Assembly: GCA_963796105.1 (NCBI GenBank)
Contig: CAWCKJ010000008.1
Span: forward strand, 32,001 to 96,000
DNA: 64,000 bases
Source of the DNA: a candidate division FCPU426 bacterium
GTDB lineage: Bacteria > Oederibacteriota > Muellerivitia > Muellerivitales > Muellerivitaceae
Reading direction: 5' to 3'
The notes below the pieces were generated by a model. The model was given only the letters and a program-made list of their open reading frames with translations, did not search any database and was not told the origin of the DNA. Every line of letters starts with the position of its first letter. Position 1 is the first letter of the stretch. Below are positions 31,154 to 40,425 of this stretch, in pieces. The translations under genes and the position numbers were made by a program.

Positions 31154-32868
31154 CCGCGAACAATTTAAAAACAAGTCCGGCGATCATCGAGGCGTCATCC
31201 TGGCTCGTGTTCCTCCTTCTTGGGGTTTTGGGAATCTGGCATTTTCACAACACGGAATTTCTGACACGATTCAATCTGGTTCCGGGGGGCCGAGGTGACA
31301 ACAGGCTGGTCATGGCGCTTTTGGAGTACATGAACCAATCCTTCCACGGAGTGGGGGATTTTCTTTCGCCCGCCTTTTATTACCCGGCGCTGGGAACCAG
31401 GGGTTACTCGGAAGCTTTCCTCGCCCACGGGGTTTTTTACATTTGGCTCAGGAGCCTTCATCTGGACATCTTCACCTGTTTCCAGATTTGCGTCCTAGTC
31501 TTCAATTTTTTAAATTATCTCCTTTTCTTCGGTTTGCTCCGTTCGGCATTGGGTTTTTCAACCACCGCATCCGCATTCGGGGCATTCCTGGCTTCCTTCA
31601 ACGCCCCCAAATTCAATCAGATCGGCGAATCCCAGATGCAGTTTCTTTGGGGATTGATCCTGGCTTTTTGGGCGCTTGGGATGGTAGTTCGGAAAAGTCA
31701 AACCCTTAGCCAAAAGCGTGTTTTCCTTCTTCTTTCGGGGGCGGGACTCGCTTTAACCCTCCAGATATTGACCTGCTTTTACCTGGCCTGGTTTTTCTGT
31801 TTTTGGATGGGTTTGTTTATCTTGTTGGGCTTGCTCATTCGACCCAGCCGGGCATTCCTAATATCCCTAATCCGAAAATTTCAAAAGGCCATCTTAGGCG
31901 CAGGTTTGGTTTTTGGGATCAGCCTCATCCCTTTCGTTTGGATTTATTTGCCGGTATTGATGGAGATGGAGGGGAAGAATTATAACGAGGTCCAAATGTA
32001 CCTTCCCACTTGGGTGAGCTTTCTCTGGATGGGACCCCGCCAGGCTTGGTGGGGTTGGCTTTGGAACCAATTCTCCTCGATTCAGGCTTTTTCCTCGGAA
32101 GTGGGAGAGAGGTTGGGCCTGGGTTTGGCGGTTTTATTGGCATGGATGGTCTTGACGGTTTGGGCCGCTAGGAAGCTTTTTAGGTTACTCTCCGAGATGA
32201 AGAAAGAACCCATTGGTTTTTCAGAAACACTAAAATCTGACAGAATTTTATTTATTCTCGGACTCTTGGCCTTGCTGACATCCACTCTTTTTTGCTTGAT
32301 TGGGTTGGATTATGGGGGCGGGCATTCCCCCTGGTGGTTCGTGTTCAAATGCGTGCCTGGAGCTGGCAGTATCCGAGGGGTTTCCCGCTACATCGTCTTT
32401 ATCGTCCTTCCCGTCTCGGGGTTCCTGGCGTGGGCATGGCAAACCGCCTTGCGCAAGGCCTGGGAGTCGCGGAAAAACTGGATGAAATATTCCGCGTCGG
32501 CTGCGCTCATTCTCTGGGCGGGAGTCGCGGTTTACGAACAAGTGGACATGCCCCCCGCCCCCGCCATGGTCAAATCGCTGGAGTTGAACCGGCTGGAATA
32601 CCTCAGCGAGAAACTGCCGGCGGCCTGCAAACTCTTCTATGTCACGGTAGCGCCTGGAATTCCCTATAATGCCACGGACATTCAAGTGGACGCCATGCTC
32701 ATCTCCGCCGCCAGGGGCATCAAAACCTTCAATGGATACAGCGGGAACAGCCCCGAGAATTGGTGGCTGTACCGGGTGAGAAGCCCCCATTACGGCCAGT
32801 ACGTGAAAAACTGGATCAGCTTCCATAAAATCCAGGAACCGGCATGGGATCTGTTGATTGATCATTGA
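31150..32868 (+). CDS. Polytopic membrane protein, GT-C/YfhO-like, inside the xyl operon
   Basis: 572 aa, many TMs, GDNRL..LEY..FYYP..GYSE loop, C-terminal TFNGYSG; TTG start overlaps the xylG stop. Confidence 0.55.
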   Translation: MTANNLKTSPAIIEASSWLVFLLLGVLGIWHFHNTEFLTRFNLVPGGRGDNRLVMALLEYMNQSFHGVGDFLSPAFYYPALGTRGYSEAFLAHGVFYIWLRSLHLDIFTCFQICVLVFNFLNYLLFFGLLRSALGFSTTASAFGAFLASFNAPKFNQIGESQMQFLWGLILAFWALGMVVRKSQTLSQKRVFLLLSGAGLALTLQILTCFYLAWFFCFWMGLFILLGLLIRPSRAFLISLIRKFQKAILGAGLVFGISLIPFVWIYLPVLMEMEGKNYNEVQMYLPTWVSFLWMGPRQAWWGWLWNQFSSIQAFSSEVGERLGLGLAVLLAWMVLTVWAARKLFRLLSEMKKEPIGFSETLKSDRILFILGLLALLTSTLFCLIGLDYGGGHSPWWFVFKCVPGAGSIRGVSRYIVFIVLPVSGFLAWAWQTALRKAWESRKNWMKYSASAALILWAGVAVYEQVDMPPAPAMVKSLELNRLEYLSEKLPAACKLFYVTVAPGIPYNATDIQVDAMLISAARGIKTFNGYSGNSPENWWLYRVRSPHYGQYVKNWISFHKIQEPAWDLLIDH

Positions 32869-32951
32869 TAGTTGATGGCGGATCGTAAATGGGTGGGGTG
32901 AATGCCGGACTTTTTTCCGGAAATGGAAATTAGAAACTAGCGAGGGATATC

Positions 32952-34040
32952 ATGGAGCAAGTGAAACCGAAATTATCCATCTCCTTGCGGGCGCTCACCA
33001 TGGTGGGGGCACTGCTCTTGATCTGGATTCTCTTTTCCATCACGACCAACGGGACCTTCCTTCACCCCCGCAACTTGTCGCTGCTGATGCGGCAAATGTC
33101 GGTCACTTCCATCCTCTCGGTGGCCATGGTGTTGGTGATTGTGGCGGGCCAGATCGACCTTTCAGTCGGCGCCATGTCCGGTTTCCTGGGCGCGGTTTCT
33201 GCCCTGCTTTTCGTCACTCACGGCTGGCCCCTCTGGGTTTCCCTCCTGACAACCCTCCTGTTAGGGGCGTTATTCGGCCATATCCAGGGCAGGCTGGTCA
33301 CCTGGTTCAACATACCCCCCTTCATCGTCACGCTCGGGGGAATGCTGGTTTTCCAAGGGTCGTTGTTGGGCGCCACGGGCGGGGTGGCCATCAGTCCCAC
33401 CCCTGACTATCTTTTGATCGGCCAGGCTTACCTTCCCACAACCGCAGGCTGGGTGCTGGCTTCCTTGCTGGTCCTGTTCCTGGTTTTCAAGTCCCTAAGG
33501 GCCAAATCCCGGTGGAAATACCTGGGCCTGGCGGTCCTCGCCCTGGGTTTTACCTGGACCATGAATTCCTACCAGGGCATCCCCATTCCGGTATTGCTCA
33601 TGCTGGTGCTCGCCGCGGTTTTTTCAACCATCGGACAGCAGACCCCCTTCGGGCGCCATCTCTACGCCATCGGGGGAAACAGGGAAGCGGCTTTTTATTC
33701 AGGCATTAATATAGAACGCCATTTGGTGGTGGTTTTCACGCTCATGGGCCTGATGGCGGGAGTGGCGGGGATAGTCTTGACCGCCAGGGTTGGGGCCGCC
33801 ACATCCGACGCGGGACGGATGATGGAGCTGGACGCCATCGCCGCGGCGGTCATCGGCGGGACTTCGCTGATGGGAGGGCGTGGCTCCGTCTGGGGCGCGC
33901 TCTTGGGAGCGCTTGTCATGGCGTCGCTGGACAACGGAATGAGCCTCATGAATACCGAGGCCTTCTGGCAGCCCATCATCAAGGGCGGCATCCTCATCGC
34001 GGCGGTGGCTTTGGACATGATGGGACGGAAGGGGAAGTGA
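32952..34040 (+). CDS. xylH: Sugar ABC permease (XylH-like)
   Basis: GQIDLSVG, IPPFIVTLGGM, FGRHLYAIGGN, ELDAIAAAVIGGTS. Confidence 0.88.
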   Translation: MEQVKPKLSISLRALTMVGALLLIWILFSITTNGTFLHPRNLSLLMRQMSVTSILSVAMVLVIVAGQIDLSVGAMSGFLGAVSALLFVTHGWPLWVSLLTTLLLGALFGHIQGRLVTWFNIPPFIVTLGGMLVFQGSLLGATGGVAISPTPDYLLIGQAYLPTTAGWVLASLLVLFLVFKSLRAKSRWKYLGLAVLALGFTWTMNSYQGIPIPVLLMLVLAAVFSTIGQQTPFGRHLYAIGGNREAAFYSGINIERHLVVVFTLMGLMAGVAGIVLTARVGAATSDAGRMMELDAIAAAVIGGTSLMGGRGSVWGALLGALVMASLDNGMSLMNTEAFWQPIIKGGILIAAVALDMMGRKGK

Positions 34041-34101
34041 TGGCCCCGGGAAGTCCCTCATTTTCCTTGCGGCCAAGCCTTTCCTGCCTTAATTTACAAG
34101 C

Positions 34102-34797
34102 ATGATGATCCAGGCCTTCCATCTCACGAAAATCCATCCCTCGGGCGTCAAAGTCCTGGACGACGCTTTTTTCTCGGCCCCCGAGGGATCTTTCACCATC
34201 TTGGAGGGGGAAGGCCGGGCGGGGAAGAGCACTTTCCTGAAGATGCTGGGCGGGGAGGAAAAACCCACTTCCGGTGTTCTCCGGGTAAACCAACTGGATC
34301 TCTATGACCTTTCTGAGGACGAAAAAAGAAAATGGCTTTCCGAGGTGGGGATGATCCTCCCGGACCTCAAATTATTCCCCGAAAAAACCGTTGGGGAAAA
34401 CATGCTTTTCATCCTCAAGGTGAAGGGCGTCCACGCCAAAGGTCAGGAGGAATCTATCCGCAAACTTCTCGAGAACGCTGGGTTGGGCTCCAAACTGGGT
34501 GCGAAACCATCTGATCTTTCCTCCGGCGAACAGAGGATGGTATTGGCGCTCAGGGCCATGATTTTCCGCCCGCGATTATTGCTGGCTGATGACCCCTTCC
34601 AAGGCCTGTCCGGCAATGCGGCCTCGGTACTCCTCAAGTTTTTCCTCGAGCTGAACAAGACCGGGACCACCGTAGTCCTCTCCGCCCAAAAAACAGATCC
34701 CTTGGAAGAGGCGCGTCCCGGCGGGGGAAAAGCCCCCTTCCAATGGCTGAGCCTCCGGGAAGGAAAGTTTTATCCCCTGCAGGAGCAGACCCCATGA
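34102..34797 (+). CDS. ftsE: FtsE-like ABC ATPase with degenerate motifs
   Basis: Walker A GEGRAGKST, EKPTSG; first gene before ftsX and envC. Confidence 0.75.
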   Translation: MMIQAFHLTKIHPSGVKVLDDAFFSAPEGSFTILEGEGRAGKSTFLKMLGGEEKPTSGVLRVNQLDLYDLSEDEKRKWLSEVGMILPDLKLFPEKTVGENMLFILKVKGVHAKGQEESIRKLLENAGLGSKLGAKPSDLSSGEQRMVLALRAMIFRPRLLLADDPFQGLSGNAASVLLKFFLELNKTGTTVVLSAQKTDPLEEARPGGGKAPFQWLSLREGKFYPLQEQTP

Positions 34798-35693
34798 ACA
34801 ATCTCGGCCGCATGGTCTTTGTTGCCCGTGAGGGAATCTCCCGTTTGGTCCGGGCCAGGGGCCTATCCACCGCCGTCATCGTGACGGTGGCGGCCACCCT
34901 CCTTCAATTGTCTGTGTTCCTCGTTATTTCAAAAATACTCGATAACGCCCTCGCCTCGGTGCGCCAAAAGTTCGAGATGGCGGTATTCCTTTCGCCCGCC
35001 GCGGGCGATTCGGACCGCAAGCGCATCCTGGACCTCCTCTCCAAGGATTCCCGCGTGGCCTCGGTCAAGGTGGTGACGAAAGAGGAGGCCCTGCGGGACT
35101 TCCGCAAGGATCCCGAGATCGACCAAATGGTGAAGGCGCTGGGCGAGAACCCCCTTCCCGATTCCCTGAGCGTGGTCTTGAGGGAACAGGCCACCGAAAG
35201 ACTCGATGACCTCGTGGAACAGCTCCGGAAGGACCCCCAGATCGAGCAGGTGGATTACGGGAAAAACGAGTGGGAGACCGTCTCCAGCCTCAGCCGTACC
35301 GTGAAGTGGATTGGGCTTTTCCTGGGGGGATTCGTGTTCCTGACGGCGCTTTTCATCATCGCCAACGCCCTCACGCTTTCCCTATGGGTGAGGAGGGAGG
35401 AATTCCTGCTGTTGGCGCGAATGGGAGCCCCCGGATGGATGCGTTGGGGACCCAATCTCCTGGAGGGAACCCTCCAGGGGATTCTCGGCGCGGTTTTGGC
35501 GGTGGTGGTCCTGGAGGCGGCGCGCCTAGGCATCCAGTGGTTCCTCGCCTCGGAGAGTTCCGCCTCGTTTTTCAGGATGCCCGACGTGGATTGGTCTGGC
35601 CTTTACCTGACGCTGGCCATCCTGGGGGCTGTCCTAGGCGCGGCAGGCGCGTTATGGGCACTGCAAAAAAAATGGGTGAAGGAAATCCTGTGA
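34794..35693 (+). CDS. ftsX: Cell-division permease FtsX
   Basis: TKEEAL, ENPLPDS, IIANALTL..RREE, GAPGW..EG; ATG overlaps the ftsE stop (ATGA). Confidence 0.85.
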   Translation: MNNLGRMVFVAREGISRLVRARGLSTAVIVTVAATLLQLSVFLVISKILDNALASVRQKFEMAVFLSPAAGDSDRKRILDLLSKDSRVASVKVVTKEEALRDFRKDPEIDQMVKALGENPLPDSLSVVLREQATERLDDLVEQLRKDPQIEQVDYGKNEWETVSSLSRTVKWIGLFLGGFVFLTALFIIANALTLSLWVRREEFLLLARMGAPGWMRWGPNLLEGTLQGILGAVLAVVVLEAARLGIQWFLASESSASFFRMPDVDWSGLYLTLAILGAVLGAAGALWALQKKWVKEIL

Positions 35694-35756
35694 TAATCCC
35701 CAAAGCCGCTCATTTCTATTTATCCCCATGCGCAGGATGAGGGGGGTTTTCACGCG

Positions 35757-37019
35757 GTGAAAATTTCTACCCAACGGTATCACAGGAATGTCACCAGGCT
35801 TTTCCTCGCAGCAATTCTTTCCCTGACCGCCCTGGCTTACGCCCAGACCGTCCCGGAAACCCAGCCCGCTCCCGCCACGCCCCAGGCCAGCATCGGGCAA
35901 ATCAAGAAAAAAATCATCCTGAACAAAAAGGGCATCGCCGCCATCCAGAAGAAATTGAAGGAGGAAAAGAAAAAACAACAGCAGGTGAAGGTCAAGGAAC
36001 GAAGCGTCCTTTTGCAATTGCAAAAGGTGGACCAGGACCTGGCTAGGCTCCGGCGGCTGAAGGAAACCAACCAACAGTACCTGGGGGAGACCCGGGGCCA
36101 GATCAGCCGTCTTCAGACGAATATCAGCCAAAACCAATATGAGCTCGGCGTAAGCCGGAACCTCTTGAAGGAGAGGCTCAACGCCCTTTACCGAATGTCG
36201 TTTCATTCCCCCTACCTGGGCGGTTTGCTCAGCTCGGAAAGTTTCGGGGACCTGGCGCGAAAGCTGAAATTCGAGCTGCTCCTGGCCGAATCCAATGAAA
36301 AGCTGCTGGGCCAGACCCTGGGGCACGAGCAGGGGCTGGAAAGGGACTCGGAGGAATGGGAGCAGGAGGAAGGCCGGCGGAAAAAAATCATGGGAGCCTT
36401 GGTCAGGCAGGAAAAAAATTACTCCACAAAAAAAAGGAACCGGACCCAATTCCTGTCCTCCATCCAGAAACAAAAGGCCCTTCATGAGCAGGCCATCCGG
36501 GAATTGAGCGAGAGGTCCAAGGGACTGCAGGAGAAAGTCTCCTTGTTCCTCAAGGAGGCGAAAGAAGCCAGGAAACCCGTTGTTTTCACCCAGCCCGCGG
36601 GTGGGTTTACCGTCCACCGGGGCAGGATTCCCTGGCCCGTGGACGGGAGGATCCCGCCGGAGTACCGCTTCGGAAAAGTCAAGAATACCGAGTTCAAGCA
36701 GGTGGTGGACAATACGGGAGTCCAGATCATGGCGCCCATGGGCTCGCCCTTTCGGGCCGTGGCGGCGGGGTTGGTGCGCTACGCGGACTGGTTTAAAGGT
36801 TATGGAAAACTAGTGATTTTGGACCATGGCGGAGGGTATTATTCTCTTTACGGCCAGGCCTCGGAATTAAGCGTTTCGGAGGGCCAGGCGGTGGCGGCGG
36901 GCGAGGTCCTCGGCGCGGTCGGGGACACGGGTTCCCTGGTGGGAAGCAGCCTTTATTTTGAGATAAGGAAGGATGGAATCCCCCTGAACCCTGAACGATG
37001 GCTCAAACGCCACTTGTAA
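35757..37019 (+). CDS. envC: EnvC-like murein hydrolase activator (coiled coil + M23)
   Basis: Signal peptide, long coiled coil, PWPVDG, GYGKLVILDHG, LYFEIR lacking the Zn histidines. Confidence 0.85.
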   Translation: MKISTQRYHRNVTRLFLAAILSLTALAYAQTVPETQPAPATPQASIGQIKKKIILNKKGIAAIQKKLKEEKKKQQQVKVKERSVLLQLQKVDQDLARLRRLKETNQQYLGETRGQISRLQTNISQNQYELGVSRNLLKERLNALYRMSFHSPYLGGLLSSESFGDLARKLKFELLLAESNEKLLGQTLGHEQGLERDSEEWEQEEGRRKKIMGALVRQEKNYSTKKRNRTQFLSSIQKQKALHEQAIRELSERSKGLQEKVSLFLKEAKEARKPVVFTQPAGGFTVHRGRIPWPVDGRIPPEYRFGKVKNTEFKQVVDNTGVQIMAPMGSPFRAVAAGLVRYADWFKGYGKLVILDHGGGYYSLYGQASELSVSEGQAVAAGEVLGAVGDTGSLVGSSLYFEIRKDGIPLNPERWLKRHL

Positions 37020-37036
37020 TGGGCCGCGTTGGTCTT

Positions 37037-37180
37037 TAAATTTGAAACCTCTGAACAACTATTAAAAGGCGACCAACAGAGGTTTCGACCCCAAAGATTT
37101 CAGAAGGAAATCGTGGGGTTTCCATAAATGTTTTACTGAAAAAGGAGGTGATAGCCGACTTTTTCAGAGGTTAAAATTTA
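37037..37180. mobile_element. MITE-like element related to 48712..48842
   Basis: IRs TAAATTTGAAACCTCTGAA / TTCAGAGGTTAAAATTTA; core CGACCCCAAAGATT..AGGAA..TCGT.GGGTTTCC shared with 48765-48790. Confidence 0.6.
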
Positions 37181-37189
37181 GCGGTCACC

Positions 37190-37220
37190 CAGCCTCCCTG
37201 GGAGGAGGCTGTTTCATTTC
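37190..37220 (+). terminator. Terminator-like hairpin upstream of ctpA
   Basis: CAGCCTCC..GGAGGCTG followed by TTTCATTT. Confidence 0.4.
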
Positions 37221-37313
37221 CAGATCAGCTCGCCTTACCGGAAAAAATGGTTTTTCTAGTCTCAGGCAGCCTTGAGAGACTCAGGGCGCCTTAATTTTTA
37301 ATAGGAGGATTTC

Positions 37314-38870
37314 ATGAATCGCCGCCCATCCCTTTTAACCGTCGCCTTTCTCCTGCTCGCCCTGGCGGCGGTGAGTTTCACCGCAGGAGCCGTCACCCAG
37401 TTCTCAAACAATCCCAAGGAAAGCTCCGAGAAGGTTTACCAGTACCTCCAGCCCTTCACGGAAGCCCTGGAAATCATCCGCGAGAAATACGTGGACCAGA
37501 ACAAGACCATCCCAAAGGACCTCATTTACGGGGCCTTGCAGGGAATGGTGAACACCCTGGACCCCTTCAGCGAGTTCATGCCGCCTGACGCCTACAAGGA
37601 CATGCAGACCGAGACCTCCGGGAAGTTCGGGGGTTTGGGCATTGAGATCGCCATCAAGGACGAGCGCCTGACCGTCATTTCCCCGATCGAGGGGACCCCG
37701 GCCGACCGCGCCGGCATCAAGGCGGGGGACAAGATTATGAAGATCGACGGGGACAAGACCGACCTCATGAGCATCAATGACGCCGTCAAACGCCTCCGGG
37801 GCAAGATTGGAACCAAGGTGACCGTCAGCATCGGGCGCGAGGGCCTCAATGAGGCCTTTGACGTCACGCTGGTGCGGGAAGCCATCAAAATCGAGAGCAT
37901 CCACTCCTACGTCTTGTCGGGGGGGATCGGCTATGTCCGGATCAGCGAGTTCATCGACAACACCACCGAGGATTTCGTGAACGCCGTGAACGACTTGAAA
38001 AAGAAGGAGCCCCTGAAGGGCCTGATCGTGGATTTGCGCAACGACCCGGGGGGACTGCTCAACGAGGCCGTAGGCGTCGCGGACTACTTCGGCCAGGAGG
38101 GCGTGACCATCGTTTCCACCAAGGGCCGCAGCGAGAACCAGGACCAGGTCTTTACCGCCAGGGCCGGGGACAAGTTCGAGACCAAGAAACCCGTCGTGGT
38201 CATGGTGAACGAGGGAAGCGCCTCGGGAGCCGAGATCGTCGCGGGAGCCCTGAAGGATTGGAAAAGGGCTGTCTTGATAGGTTCCAAAACCTTCGGGAAA
38301 GGGTCGGTTCAAACTATCCTGCCCCTGGACAACAGCGACGGGGCGGCCTTGAGGCTGACCATGGCCAAGTACTATACCCCTTCGGGAGTCTGTATCCATG
38401 GGATCGGAATCGAGCCGGACTTGAACCTGAAGGACCACGATATTTCGGAGTCCGCCATCAAGGCCTACAGCAAGCAAATGCCGGAAAAGTACGCCAAGGA
38501 GCTCGTGAAAAAGGGGACCGACGTCACGGCCGAGACCGAAGTGACGCCTGAGATGATGGACGGCTTCTACGATTACTGCCTGGCGAACGTGAAAAAAATC
38601 GACAAGGACGAGTTGATCAAGGACGGGGATTACCTCAAAAACAGCCTGTTGGTGGAATTAATCCGGGAGAAACTGGGAGAGAAAGACGCCAGGGAATTGG
38701 CGGTCGTCCGCGACCCGCAGGTTCTCGTGGCTAAAAGCATCATCAATGACGGCGGGAAAATCAGCCCTGAGTTGTTCGCTAAATACCCGAAGAAAAAGGA
38801 CTCGACCGAGGCCGGAGAGAGGAAGCTCGAGGAAGAGCGGCTGAAAAAGAAGAAGGATACCGAGGAGTAA
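37314..38870 (+). CDS. ctpA: S41 carboxyl-terminal protease
   Basis: LDPFS, PDZ GLGIEI, DLRNDPGG, GSASGAEIVAG, TFGKGSVQ. Confidence 0.93.
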   Translation: MNRRPSLLTVAFLLLALAAVSFTAGAVTQFSNNPKESSEKVYQYLQPFTEALEIIREKYVDQNKTIPKDLIYGALQGMVNTLDPFSEFMPPDAYKDMQTETSGKFGGLGIEIAIKDERLTVISPIEGTPADRAGIKAGDKIMKIDGDKTDLMSINDAVKRLRGKIGTKVTVSIGREGLNEAFDVTLVREAIKIESIHSYVLSGGIGYVRISEFIDNTTEDFVNAVNDLKKKEPLKGLIVDLRNDPGGLLNEAVGVADYFGQEGVTIVSTKGRSENQDQVFTARAGDKFETKKPVVVMVNEGSASGAEIVAGALKDWKRAVLIGSKTFGKGSVQTILPLDNSDGAALRLTMAKYYTPSGVCIHGIGIEPDLNLKDHDISESAIKAYSKQMPEKYAKELVKKGTDVTAETEVTPEMMDGFYDYCLANVKKIDKDELIKDGDYLKNSLLVELIREKLGEKDARELAVVRDPQVLVAKSIINDGGKISPELFAKYPKKKDSTEAGERKLEEERLKKKKDTEE

Positions 38871-38891
38871 AGGCGCCGGAAAGGATTCTGC

Positions 38892-40055
38892 GTGGACCAG
38901 CAGGGAAGGACATGGGGTTTCCTGAGGACTCTGCTGGTCATTGTGCTCTTGGGGGCCGCCGCCGCCGCGGTGGTCCGATGGTACCTTTCCCCGAAACAGC
39001 GGGCGGTCCCGCCCCCTCCGATACCCACCCCCGTGGCTGGTTTTTCGGGCGACCCGGCTGAGGCCACCGAGAAACTCCGTAAAGCCTTGGATGACCGCCT
39101 CAGGGAAATGGGAATTTTGAAGCTCCTGGACAAGGAAGTCGATTCGATCCCAACCACCGTCCAAGGGAAAGTGATTAACACCTACAGGGAACGATTCCGC
39201 CTGCCGAGCCGTTACAGCCCCGACGAATTGACCTCCCTTTTGGAAGAAACAGCCAAGTCCCTGGGGGCTGGCCTAGTCGGCAAGACCTCCGGCTCCACTT
39301 CTGACAATACCGGTACCCTATACTCCGACACCTTCGCCTATAACGACCAATGGAGCCCCCTGAGAATCGAGTTCGTCGGAACCCATAAGCCCCGCGTTTG
39401 CGTCGTGATTGACGACGGGGGATACCAGAAAGGGGAAGCCCTTAGGCACCTCTACGGTTTCAAGGTGCCTGTGACTTTGGCTTTGATCCCCAGCACCGAG
39501 TTCTCCAAGGAATTGGCCGGGGACGCCCCCTCCCACGGGGTGGAAGTCATCTGCCACATGCCCATGGAGGGACTTGAGAAATTCCCGGCGGGGGCTTACC
39601 CGGAGCTTCTCAAAAGGGGATTGGACGAACCGGAAGTGGAGAAAAGAATCAACCGCGCCCTAGAGGTTCTTCCCGGCTGTGAGGGGATGAACAACCACAT
39701 GGGAAGCCTGGCCACGGCCGATGGGGGACTGATGTCCGAGGTCTGCGGGGTATTGAAAAGCCGGAAGTTATTCGTGCTGGATTCCCGAACGACGGTGGAA
39801 ACCCAGTTGGAGGGGGAAGCGGCCAAGATCCACCTCGCGCGGACCCGCAGGGATGTTTTCCTGGATAACGTCGAGACTCCGGAAGCCATTGAGAAGCAGA
39901 TGAGCAAGCTGGTAGCCCTTGCCAAGAAGCACGGGTCGGCTGTGGGTATCGGGCATTTCAAGTTGAAAAGCCTGAGGGTGCTTGAGGAAGCGGTCCATGA
40001 ATGGAGTGAAAAGGGCGTCCAATTCGTGTATCTTTCCGAGGTTGTGAAGGAATAA
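38892..40055 (+). CDS. Divergent polysaccharide deacetylase (YibQ-like)
   Basis: VVIDDGG, HMPME, NNHMGS, LDSRT, RDVFLD, IGH. Confidence 0.9.
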   Translation: MDQQGRTWGFLRTLLVIVLLGAAAAAVVRWYLSPKQRAVPPPPIPTPVAGFSGDPAEATEKLRKALDDRLREMGILKLLDKEVDSIPTTVQGKVINTYRERFRLPSRYSPDELTSLLEETAKSLGAGLVGKTSGSTSDNTGTLYSDTFAYNDQWSPLRIEFVGTHKPRVCVVIDDGGYQKGEALRHLYGFKVPVTLALIPSTEFSKELAGDAPSHGVEVICHMPMEGLEKFPAGAYPELLKRGLDEPEVEKRINRALEVLPGCEGMNNHMGSLATADGGLMSEVCGVLKSRKLFVLDSRTTVETQLEGEAAKIHLARTRRDVFLDNVETPEAIEKQMSKLVALAKKHGSAVGIGHFKLKSLRVLEEAVHEWSEKGVQFVYLSEVVKE

Positions 40056-40097
40056 GAAGTTTCTAGTAGCCGTCAAAATTAAACGAAATACAGGAAC

Positions 40098-40381
40098 AAA
40101 GATAAATAAAATCAGATTTTTTTAAAAAGCCGTTAAGCAAAACCCAATCTTTTGCCACGGATTCAGGGGATGCAGGGGATACACACAAATTAACAAAACT
40201 AATGATGAACGATGATAAATAGTTTTACGATCGGGTTATATGGTTTATGCTGACGGCCGATGGAAAAATTAATTTTTCCACGGTCCACAGGCAGGACCAT
40301 ATCGCCCGTAGGACGTAAATGAAAAGCTTTTGTCACGAATTAGTCTTGTTATATCCCATGAATCCCATGCATCCGTGGCTA
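40098..40381. repeat. Nested palindromic repeat R1
   Basis: Outer arms GCCACGGATTCAGGGGATGC (40154) and ATCCCATGCATCCGTGGC (to 40379); inner module 40239..40301 with the perfect palindrome TGGAAAAATTAATTTTTCCA; homologous to 44267..44605. Confidence 0.85.
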
Positions 40382-40425
40382 ATTATTCGTTTGAACATAG
40401 TTTGAAATTTAAGGATTTTTGAAAA

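Noticed and set aside
37141..37157. AAAGGAGGTGAT as a 16S rRNA fragment or strong RBS
   Set aside because: Only a 12-nt match, lies inside a MITE, with no start codon at suitable spacing.
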